Part shown: positions 1 to 9,262 of the stretch, in pieces
How positions within the stretch are numbered: the stretch's first letter is position 1
Layout: every line of letters starts with the position of its first letter
Origin: Diplonema japonicum
Lineage: Eukaryota; Protista; Euglenozoa: Diplonemea
DNA length: 64,000 nt
Reading direction: 5' to 3'
NCBI GenBank assembly: GCA_964019335.1
Contig: OZ025744.1
Span: 1-64,000 of the forward strand
The notes under the pieces: generated by a model
The model's input: only the letters and a program-made list of their open reading frames with translations
Told to the model about the DNA's origin: nothing
Database searches by the model: none
Made by a program: the position numbers and the translations under genes

Positions 1-231
1 TTTGCGGGTTTGCGGTTTGCGGGTTTGCGGGTTTGCGGGTTTGCGGGTTTGCGGGTTTGCGGTTTGCGGGTTTGCGGTTTGCGGGTTTGCGGGTTGCGGG
101 TTTGCGGGTTTGCGGGTTTGCGGGTTTGCGGGTTTGCGGGTTTGCGGGTTTGCGGGTTTGCGGGTTTGCGGGTTTGCGGGTTTGCGGGTTTGCGGGTTTG
201 CGGGTTTGCGGGTTTGCGGGTTTGCGGGTTT
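1..231 (+). repeat. (GGGTTTGC)n 8-mer tandem satellite, ~29 units, truncated by the window edge
   Basis: Read directly, with a few 7-nt variant units. The G-rich strand points away from the left end, opposite to a telomere. The + ORFs 2..328, 10..429 and 33..635 are artefacts of the repeat. Confidence 0.95.
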
Positions 232-2094
232 CGTTGGTTGCCCACCTGCACGTATGCGCCTGTTTGTTTTGCGCACATCTTGGACGCCCATCCTTTCGTT
301 CGCAGATCCCCTGCGAGAGTGGCACTGATGTTACACGCGGCCATCTGTGGCAGCATCCTGTCGTACTCTTCGCCAAAGTCGCGCAGAAGCGTTCCGAAGC
401 CGTTGTCGCTGCCCTTCACTCCCAGGTAGGGGGCGTCCACGGGGAGCTCCTTCTGAACAATCATCTTTGCATCTTTACCCAGCTTCTGCAGGCTTCCTGC
501 TGCAAGCGAGCGCTCCATGAAGAAACGCATCAGGCGGCCGCTGACCATGATCCGGTGATCCTGCCAAGCCTTCGTGGCGTACGTGTTGGCGCGCAAGCAC
601 TTCATGGCACCACCTGGGACACTGCAGCTGAGTGACACCTCACATCTGCCGTTCGCCCCAGGGTCCTCCACCACCATCTTCACACCAAACCGCTCCGAAG
701 CCGCTGCTGCGATTTTGCGCGCCACGTTCAGCGGCTGGCGTATCTCCTTCATCCACGCCAGCTTCGCCACCGAGTACATTTCCACACTCCCTTTGTAGGT
801 GGAGAGCGTGTCGGCTGCAACAGGGTCGTCAAAGCAGACCTCAATCTTGGAGCGCGGAGTCTGGTTTTCGGTGAACAGCTGCATAATCGCCGCTGCTTGG
901 GCTGCGGTTGCGACGAGACCCTCTAGACACATGTCGTCATTCCCCTTCACTAGTGTGACGGGAGGTGCCATCCGCTTGGCCCAATTCAGCACAGCCCTCT
1001 TCTCTACAGAAGACAAGTCACACAGCTTCACATAGCACGGCTGGCCCTGCCATCCAACAGCTCCGTTGCGGAGGGTCACGCTGAAGCGCGTCTTCGGTGC
1101 CTTCGGTCCCCACTTCGTCATCACCGCACGTGCCTTTGCTGCGCCCTCCAGTGTGTCCGTATTGAAGGCGTAAAGGAACCGATCAGTAACATCCACGACA
1201 GAAGGAGCGATGCCGTTCTCCTCCAGCTTGACCAGAGCGTCCCACTTGTCGCGGCACGGCATGCCCTTTTGCAGTACAATCTGCCGCAGCGTCGCGCAGC
1301 CGGACGTCTTGCCGATCTTTACGAGTTTCAAACCGTCGCCGAACACTGCCTCGATTGTGCCCGTCTGTAGCACCAACGTCTCTGTCTTTCTATCGAGGCT
1401 GTCTTTCAAACCCTGCAGCAGCATGCCACACATCTTCTGCACCTCCGCCGCGTCTTCTCGAGCTGCATACACGCAGAGGCGGCGCAGGTTGGGGTCGTAT
1501 ACTGGCTCCCACATACTGCCCTTCCATGGCCCCTGGTTGGGCGTGAACATATCCAGCACTAGCGGCCCCACGTTGTTCTCCGTGAAGGCCACATTCCAGC
1601 TGTGCGCGTCAGACAGATTCGCGACAGGGGCCTCGTTCGCACCCTTGTTTGTGTGCTTGCATTTGTCGTTCTTTCTGGGTCTCTGACTTCCCGCGGCACT
1701 TCTGGTATCAGCGGGTGCAGGATGGGGGTGGCACGTGTCCGCCACTCCCAAATTTGCACGGACCCATTGCATTACTTCTTGCTGCACTCTCGTTCGCAGT
1801 GTGCTTGCCCTTGTCGTTCTTTCTGGGTCTCTGACTACTTCCTGCGGCACTTATGGTGTCAGCGGGTGCAGGATGGGGGTGTGAGTACTTGCACGTGTCC
1901 TTTTTGTTACAGCCATTCCCAAATTTGCACGGACCCATTGCCATACTTCCTGCGGCACCTTTGCACTTGTCGTTCTTTCCGGTTCTCTGACTGCTTCCAG
2001 CGGCACTTCTGGCGGGTGCAGGATGGGGGTGTGAGTACTTGCACGTGTCCTTTTTGTTACAACCGCTCCCAAATTTGCATGGAACCATTGCCAT
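232..2094 (-). CDS. CCCH zinc-finger repeat protein with a ~500 aa uncharacterised body; 3' end not seen; frameshift in the third repeat
   Basis: ORF 1708..2094 has two PCKFGxGCNKKDTCKYSHP CCCH fingers and a degenerate third. Manual translation shows a second frame open from ~1850 to the window edge (…WNVAFTENNVGPLVLDMF…AYVQVG). It is missing from the ORF track because it has no stop. Confidence 0.6.
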
Positions 2095-2504
2095 GTTGTC
2101 GTTTTTTTATGTTTTTTGACGTTTTTGTCTGTTGAGAAATGCTTGGTGAGCACAAGAACAAAAGAAAATACGAACATGCGTTGCTCTCTCCTCCCACAGT
2201 CCCGAGTTCGCCGAATTGATCATACCAAACCCAGTACCGTGTTTAGTAAAGAAGGCAGCAGCGAAGCCATACTCACCCAAATTCTTTGCGAAGCAGCTCA
2301 TCATTAAATAAATGTACTATTGAATAAAATCAGAGCATGATTTCACTTGTGGGGTCCCCTTTGGTCGAAGCCCTAGTTCTCAGAATGTAAAAAAAAACTA
2401 CCGTGGGGAGGTTAGGCTGATCTTGAAGTAAAAGAAAATTCCTTTTCCTATTCCGTATACTTACCCCAGCTGGTATCCGAGCCTTTAAGAGCCTGTTAAA
2501 ACTG

Positions 2505-2711
2505 TCAGTACTTCCTCAAAACGATGGTTTCCAGTTTTTTGCACCCACACAAGAACCAAGCACCAATTGAATAAAGATTGGTCATCGAACTCAAGTCGAT
2601 GGTTTCTAGAATTCTGCACTCTGACAAGAATGAATAAGCGATGGAAGAAATACTGGTCATCGCATTCAAGTTGATGGTTTCTGTCACAGTCTCATTCCCA
2701 GACATTGCCAC
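2505..2711 (-). pseudogene. Short BspA-type leucine-rich-repeat fragment
   Basis: ETINLNAMTSISSIAYSFLSEC / LETIDLSSMTNLYSIGAWFLCGC repeats; only 68 aa. Confidence 0.55.
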
Positions 2712-3062
2712 CTTCTGTCTTCAGAAGCACTGTGATGCTCATCTTTTTATACACGTTTTTGTTCGCTTTGTAAAGTTTTAAAAGGGGACAAAAAAAATAA
2801 AAATATCGTGTTGAAGAAGAATTTCAGTACGATGCACACTCGCGTAGCATGCAACCAACAAAGGCAATGGTGAAAATGGGGAGGGGGGGGGGGGGGGGGG
2901 TTTCTTTTTTAGGCACTTTCTTTGGTTTCAAGAATTCCTCAAAGTAAAGATAATCCATGAGGATAAATCGACTAAATAGACTTAAATTGATCAAGAAGAT
3001 GACAAAGAGAAGACCAGTCAGTGAGTTCTTGTCCGAACCCGCCCGTGTTTTCTTCTCTTCAT

Positions 3063-4127
3063 CTACAAGGTTTTCTCGGCCTCCTTAATGATGCTTCGAG
3101 CCACGTCGGCGACCTTACCCCCTCTGCTGCTTGGAGCGCCCTGTCCGATTAGGTACATTGCCAGTGATGTTTCATTGAAAGGCGCCTTGGCTCTGAGACC
3201 TTTGGTCAGTGCGTGCTGGATGGGGAAGGGGGCCTTGGGAAGTGTGGACATAGCCTCAGTGTACTTGTTGCAGATAGCACGTGCAGGGCGGCCGCTGTAG
3301 GCAGCAGTAATGCAGGTCTTAAGTGCTCTTCCGTCGGTGAGTGCAACCTTGTAGTCAGGGACCGCGGAGGATTCATCACATGATACGAACGCTGTACCCA
3401 AGCAGGCACCAGAAGCGCCTAATGAAAGTGCGGCAGCGACGCCCCTGCCATCCATGATGCCCCCTGCGGCCAAGACTGGAACCTGTACTGCATCGACAAC
3501 CTGAGGCAGCAGCGTCATGGTCCCGATCATAGCATCATTGAAGTCGCATGCAAAAGTCCCCCTGTGCCCACCCGCCTCTGAGCCCTGCACCACAATGACG
3601 TCGACACCTGTTTTCTCCAAAAACACCGCCTCCTCAACACACGTGGCAGTCCCTATCACAACACTTCCGTTTTCGTGCAGCACCCGAACTTCACTCTCAG
3701 AAAGAGCGCCGAATGTGGTCGAGACAACGGGGACCTTGTGCTCTAAAAGCACCTTCATATGTTCTTTGTAGTCCTGCCACGTAGGCACCACACTGCTGCC
3801 TCTCTCCTCCCCCACAGCATCGTTGAACTGCTGCAGCGCGTCGCGTACCTCCTTTAGCTCTTTTTCCTCAGGGACCACCTCCGGCGGATCTTTCACGAAG
3901 ATGTTTATCGCAAAGGGCTTACCATCCGTCAGCTTGAAGAGCTCCTTCACCTCGTTAGAAAGCTGCTCGACTGACCTATAACCCACTCCGTGGGATCCCA
4001 AAATTCCGACATTGCTCGCTTCAGCAGTAAAGACGGGGTTGCTGATCCCCGCCATGGGCGCCTGGATGATCGGTGTTTGAATCTTCAGGATACTGCACAG
4101 CTTGTTGCATCTGCTGGGCCAAGTCAT
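3063..4127 (-). CDS. Nitronate monooxygenase (2-nitropropane dioxygenase family, FMN TIM barrel)
   Basis: PIIQAPMAG, VVQGSEAGGHRG, VLAAGGIMDGRG, LGTAF and YSGRPARA motifs; likely ATG at 4127; intronless. Confidence 0.92.
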   Translation of the reverse strand: MTWPSRCNKLCSILKIQTPIIQAPMAGISNPVFTAEASNVGILGSHGVGYRSVEQLSNEVKELFKLTDGKPFAINIFVKDPPEVVPEEKELKEVRDALQQFNDAVGEERGSSVVPTWQDYKEHMKVLLEHKVPVVSTTFGALSESEVRVLHENGSVVIGTATCVEEAVFLEKTGVDVIVVQGSEAGGHRGTFACDFNDAMIGTMTLLPQVVDAVQVPVLAAGGIMDGRGVAAALSLGASGACLGTAFVSCDESSAVPDYKVALTDGRALKTCITAAYSGRPARAICNKYTEAMSTLPKAPFPIQHALTKGLRAKAPFNETSLAMYLIGQGAPSSRGGKVADVARSIIKEAEKTL

Positions 4128-4209
4128 TTCTTTTTTTTTTTTTAGTGTAGTCTGAGTGAATGACATATGCTTATGTCAAGGATAGAAAGACAACTAAGGT
4201 GACTAGGTC

Positions 4210-5325
4210 CTATGATCCATGTGTGAAGTCTGCTGTAATGCAAACATTTTTGATTGTGACCTCCTCCTTGACGAACTGGAACACGTCCACCACGGCACCC
4301 TGCCTTCGGAGATAATCCACCCTCCCAAGATGCCAGGCTGTTTCGAAGATCTTCGCTAGGTCGTATAGGTGACGGTAGCGCGTCTTGCAGTCACGGTGGC
4401 TGAGGGACTTCCAGCCTGTTTTGTTGCGGATCACCTCGAAGTGTTCCTGTGTGAATCCCATCTCAAGCATGTATGGCCTGCCACAGTAGTGACCCCACGT
4501 GGACATCTGTTGGCAGCATGGTGCAATGACGACCTGCCCCACTGGGAAGAAGGTCCTCCATGTGTCCACAACGCATGTCACTGCAGAGCACATTCCATCG
4601 CCACATAGGTGCTTCGCCACTACAATGTTAATCTTCCTCCTAACTGGGGTTAAGTCCTCTTCAGTGACCTCCTCTACTTTTTTCCATATCCTCTTGAAGT
4701 TTTCAGGATCGTCCTCATACAGCTTGTCCACCATGCGCACCGGTTCGTAGAACTCAACCAACGCTATCGTGGTTCTGAAGAAGGCTTGGAACAGATGCAA
4801 CAGCTCGCCGGCAGCTGCCCCTGCGTCTATGATGCATATATCAGCACGGGCATCGCCGGTGGACACGGCAGATTCCCAGACCTCAGGATACCTTTCTTTT
4901 ATCATTCGCGCGATGGAGCTGCAGATGGAGACCTCTTGGTCAAAGTGTTTCGCTTTGCGGTCGACGGTTCTAGCACCGCCCTGGGCGGCTAAATCTTCCA
5001 TTCGCCCGAGGATCTCCGGCCCCACGGGCTCGGGCTCCTTCATGGGTATCTCCTCGATGATGCCATCGGTGCCGTGGTCGAAGACAGTGTCGACAGTCAT
5101 CGGCCGCCCTGCTATGTTGCTCAGAGCCTGCATGCAATCCTTGCTGCTCAGCATCCAACCTATTTTCCCCAACTTGCGTTTCTTCTTACAATGAGACTGG
5201 TGCGCATCCAACACCCGTGCAGGCACCTGTGTGTCGCAGTACTCGCACAGCACTGTTTCACTCTCACTTGGTGCTGTCTCTTCCTCTTCTTCTGTGTGCT
5301 CATAAGTAAAGTCGTCGAAATCCAT
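4210..5325 (-). CDS. TRM13: tRNA:m4X methyltransferase TRM13-like with an N-terminal Zn finger
   Basis: CEYC…H…HC finger, DAGAAAGEL SAM motif, VAKHLCG, IAPCCQ, GRVDYL…TIKNVCI; ATG at 5325. Confidence 0.75.
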   Translation of the reverse strand: MDFDDFTYEHTEEEEETAPSESETVLCEYCDTQVPARVLDAHQSHCKKKRKLGKIGWMLSSKDCMQALSNIAGRPMTVDTVFDHGTDGIIEEIPMKEPEPVGPEILGRMEDLAAQGGARTVDRKAKHFDQEVSICSSIARMIKERYPEVWESAVSTGDARADICIIDAGAAAGELLHLFQAFFRTTIALVEFYEPVRMVDKLYEDDPENFKRIWKKVEEVTEEDLTPVRRKINIVVAKHLCGDGMCSAVTCVVDTWRTFFPVGQVVIAPCCQQMSTWGHYCGRPYMLEMGFTQEHFEVIRNKTGWKSLSHRDCKTRYRHLYDLAKIFETAWHLGRVDYLRRQGAVVDVFQFVKEEVTIKNVCITADFTHGS

Positions 5326-6016
5326 TCTCTGTAGATGAAACTGCAGGTACCGGGGGGACCGGGGAACAAGAATAGAGAGGGAAAATAGAGTTAAAGAGAT
5401 ACGGGGGACATTTCTTTTCTGCATTTTCTGTTCTTTTTTCCTCATCAATGAAACTCTCTCATAGATAAATATAAAAAAAAAATGGAATGCTGGTGGGCGT
5501 TCCATTTTGTTTTCAATTCATACATGCAAACGTTTACTCAAGAAAAAAGATGAGGGAGCAGCGGTGCGGGGTAGGGTTGCCCAAACATCGCGCACGGAGA
5601 TTATCTTCATCCGGTGCTCCCACCCTTGTTGGTCGTTCCCGACTAGGGATTGCTCAACGAAGGTGAGGTGTTTGGCACAGTAGAGTACGCCACTTGTTGG
5701 CAGCGATAGGTGGAAGTCCTTTAATCCATTAACGTTGGGCAGAAGTATTATCAAAGACCCATCAAACAAACAATTGACCATTATTACAGGAAGCCCTCCT
5801 CGGTAAGAAAACAGCAGTTTCGTCAGTGCCTTTTATTTCAACAGTTTTAACAAACGTCGAGATAAAACTCAAAAACACGAGAGAAAAAGAAAAAGGAAAT
5901 AAAAAAAAAACATTGAGATCTCAGTGAATAGTGCATAAAAAAGAAGAAAAAGAAACCCCTTCTCCGCAAAAATTCTTCCAAATCGCGTGTCAGGATGTTC
6001 GAAAAGGAAGAGCCAA

Positions 6017-7516
6017 TTACAAAGGCACTGCCTCGACCTCAAGGCCGTCGCTGTTCAGTTGCCAAGTGACGGAGGTTATCAGCTTGGGAGTGAAGCCCGA
6101 GACGGGGAAGAACCTGTAGTGTGCGAAAAGTGTCAACAGTGCGATCTTCCCCTCAAGGACTGCCATGTTCTTCCCGAGGCACAGACGTGGGCCAGCGTTG
6201 AAGGTAGAGTACATGTAGTCGTTGTAGGTAGCAGCCTTCTCACCCATCCACCTTGTGGGGTTGAACTCATCGGCGTCCTCACCCCATGCCTTCTTGTACC
6301 TGTTCGTGGCGAGCGGCACCCACGTGACGTGCGTGCCTGCGGGCAGCTTCACGCCCGACGGGAAAGTCGTGTCCTTCACACTGATCTTCTCGTTCCCAGG
6401 AACCGATGGGTGCAGCCTGAGGGCCTCCATAAAGACCGCCTCTGCAACAGGCGACTTGCCTTCAATGTCATCGAATGTGAGCGGTTCCTGCAAGTTACCA
6501 GCAAAGACAAGCTTTGCCTCTTCGATAAGCTTATCCTGCCACTCGGGGTGCTGTGTCAGCAGCTCGACGCACGACGTGAGCGCCGAGCCGGTCGTGTCCC
6601 TCCCTGCGATGACGAAGTTCAGGATCATGTCCCTGATAAACTTCTTGGAGTACTTTTTGTTCTCCGACTTGGCGTGGTCGAGGAACAGCCCCGTCATGGT
6701 CTGGTCCCCAGCAAGAGCCTCCTCCTTGATCTCGTCGCCGTCGTAGTAGCTCTCGACGACCTCTGCGACGTACCTGTCAATGATGTCCATGTTGTCCTTG
6801 ATGACGCGCTCCTCCTCGGACGACTGGAAGTATCTGTGTAGCTTCCACCACGGAACAAAGAATCTGGTTATCACATTACTCTGCACCAGATCGAAGGCGT
6901 TCTGGAACTCACAGTCCCTCTCGTTCCCCTTCATGGAGCTGACGGACTTGTTGAAGGCGATGCTGTTGATGGCGTCGAAGGTGTAGTGGTAGAAGAGCGT
7001 CTGGACGTTGAGGTTGCCCTTCTTCACTATCTGGACCATCTCTTGGGCGTGGGTCCCAAAGACATGTGACATCCTATCGCGGAGCTGTCTTCTGTTGAAC
7101 ATGTGTGCCGCCACAACACGCTGCTCCTTCCACTGGTCGCCGTTGGAATTGAAAATGCCGCCGCCCAGCAAGCCTTCCATGCACTCTAAGAAGTCGTCGG
7201 CCTTCAAGAAGTTGTTGAAGTTGTCTTTCAAGATGAACTTCACGTCTTCGGGTTCCACTACTGTGAGTCCCATCTTTCCGCCCAGGTGGCCCCACACGAA
7301 CGCTTTCCATCCGTTCTTCTGCAGTTCCACAAGGTTGAACTCAGGCGGTGTAATCGTCTTCTCTCTCAAAATCTGCTTCTTCATCACAAATGTCGATCCC
7401 ACAAATGTGTGGAACGTCGACGACCGCAGAATCCCATCAGGTACCCTGGCCCTTATCTTGTACGCTACCAGCCCTACCGCTACAAACAGCAGAAGGAGCC
7501 TCGCGTAGAAGTCCAT
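6017..7516 (-). CDS. Cytochrome P450 (CYP86/94/704-like fatty-acid hydroxylase type)
   Basis: N-terminal TM anchor, AGRDTT I-helix, EALR, FNPTRW, heme motif FNAGPRLCLG. Confidence 0.95.
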   Translation of the reverse strand: MDFYARLLLLFVAVGLVAYKIRARVPDGILRSSTFHTFVGSTFVMKKQILREKTITPPEFNLVELQKNGWKAFVWGHLGGKMGLTVVEPEDVKFILKDNFNNFLKADDFLECMEGLLGGGIFNSNGDQWKEQRVVAAHMFNRRQLRDRMSHVFGTHAQEMVQIVKKGNLNVQTLFYHYTFDAINSIAFNKSVSSMKGNERDCEFQNAFDLVQSNVITRFFVPWWKLHRYFQSSEEERVIKDNMDIIDRYVAEVVESYYDGDEIKEEALAGDQTMTGLFLDHAKSENKKYSKKFIRDMILNFVIAGRDTTGSALTSCVELLTQHPEWQDKLIEEAKLVFAGNLQEPLTFDDIEGKSPVAEAVFMEALRLHPSVPGNEKISVKDTTFPSGVKLPAGTHVTWVPLATNRYKKAWGEDADEFNPTRWMGEKAATYNDYMYSTFNAGPRLCLGKNMAVLEGKIALLTLFAHYRFFPVSGFTPKLITSVTWQLNSDGLEVEAVPL

Positions 7517-7786
7517 GTTATACCTGAGAAAAGAGAATGGGAGGATGTCGATAGGATTCGTATTATAAAAGAGCTACACAGAAAACTCTAAACCAGACTT
7601 TTTTTTCTTTCTTTTTTTTTTTCTCAAAAACTAAGGGCACCTACCTAATTGGCACTCTTTGCAACGACCTCAAAAATAAAATCATTTTTGATAACAAGCG
7701 AAAGATAAACGAGGAACGAAAAAAAAGAAAAACAAAAAGATGGGATAAAAAAAAAATAGACCTTTATGCTTTCTTTTTTTTTTTCT

Positions 7787-9148
7787 TCACCACTCAGTGT
7801 ATTTGGGAAAGTAATACTCCAGGATCTCAATGAGCAGCGAGCACGATGAGGCGCCTGTCCCCGAGTTCTCGATGGCTTGCAGAGAAGTGTAGAGCTTTTC
7901 AGGTGTGAGCGTGTCTTTCAATGTGATTTGGTGGGTTGCCAAGTCCACCTCGCGCTTTTGTTTCTTTTTTGCGTTGCCGGTCGATGTGAGTTCCATGAAG
8001 CCGTGTGTGGCAGTGATTTGGTTCAGCACAGACAGAATGGCAGCAGGATCTGTACCGTAGGAGCTGTCGCAGGTCAAGAATCTATTCAGCACACCATGGA
8101 AAGCCGCCGATAGGTCAGGCACTCTGTAGGGAGGCTTCACCTTCGATGCCATCACCACAGCACAGACTAGGAGAAGCCTCTCGCCGCTTCCAAGTGACTT
8201 GAGCCACAGGAGCATTTCGTTTCTGAATGGCAGACTTTTCTGTACATCAGCAATGCTCACGGTTTCCTCGCCGTCTCTGTTCGAGAGCGTCCGCCTCAAG
8301 TTCTCAAGCAACGCCCTGCAGTCACCGCCGCTGTTGTTCGCCGTCTTCATTGACATGAACAGCACGCTTTTCTCGTCGAAAACCTCACCTGAGTCGCACT
8401 CGGCCTCGCCCAGTCGCCCGTTGATGATCCCCACCAATTGCTGCGATGTGTACGGTTTGAAAGCGAATCGGTGCTCCGCAGGGATCCTCTCGATAGCACG
8501 GCATGTAGCAGCCTTCTCGTTACTGATGGTGACGATGTGTAAGTTGCCCGCGTTGTTCGTCTCCATGGCCATGGCCATCAGAGTGTCCAAGATCTGCTCG
8601 CACGTGCTGCTTTTTGTTATAGCACTCGATGCCTTTACCTTTTTAGACTTTGTTGTTCCAAGCAGATAGTCCACTTCATCCAGCACCAGATACCATTTCT
8701 TAGCTTGCTTTTCCTTGCGGAAGAACTCCTCCACCATGTTGCGCCACACCACCTCAACAGAGTTCTCCTCTTTGCTCCGTACCCATGTTGAGAAGTGCGA
8801 CATGAGTGCTGCGGTACTCCTTATGCTCGTGCACGTCAAGTGCAGCAATCTCGTATTCCTAGCATTGCTCGCTGTTCTCTCAGCAAGGAGAGTCTTAGTA
8901 AGTGCCGTTTTCCCAGTCCCAGGTGGACCGTATAGGAACATACAAGTTCCATCTCCTTCAAGCAGTTCCCTCATGCCTTCCTCTTGTTCCTCCCTGCCGT
9001 ATAATTTGTGAGGCACATAGCTCGCCTTAAACAACTCTCTGATTATTTTATTTTTTTTTTCCTCTTAACATATGACAAAGGGGGCATACACTTTCTCTTC
9101 CCACCAGTCCCTGTCCTTCGCAGGCGACTTCCTCTTTCTTTTTACCAT
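7787..9148 (-). CDS. Orc1/Cdc6-family AAA+ replication initiator
   Basis: YVPHKLYGREEQ, Walker A GPPGTGKT, Walker B LVLDEVD, FKPYT…L, GDCR. A short first exon (ATG 9148) joins in frame after removing intron 9039..9089. Confidence 0.85.
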
Positions 9149-9262
9149 CTTCTCCTGTTGATGAGGTCTTTATTATTTACTTCTGTAATATGAAAATCGA
9201 TCAAAAAAGGAACAACTAAACAAGTGAAAGAATGTACACAACCAAAACAAACAGAAAATCAC

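Noticed and set aside
1-231. True chromosome telomere
   Set aside because: Wrong strand polarity for a left end, and not TTAGGG.
231-239. AACCAACGA on the minus strand resembles the 5' end of the diplonemid spliced leader as I recall it
   Set aside because: Only 9 nt, compositionally similar to the adjacent repeat, and the rest of the SL is absent.
2-635. Plus-strand ORFs with GLRVCGFA repeats
   Set aside because: Translations of the satellite plus the antisense of the real minus-strand ORF.
5518-5781. 87 aa ORF between TRM13 and the P450
   Set aside because: No recognisable motif; cannot be distinguished from UTR.
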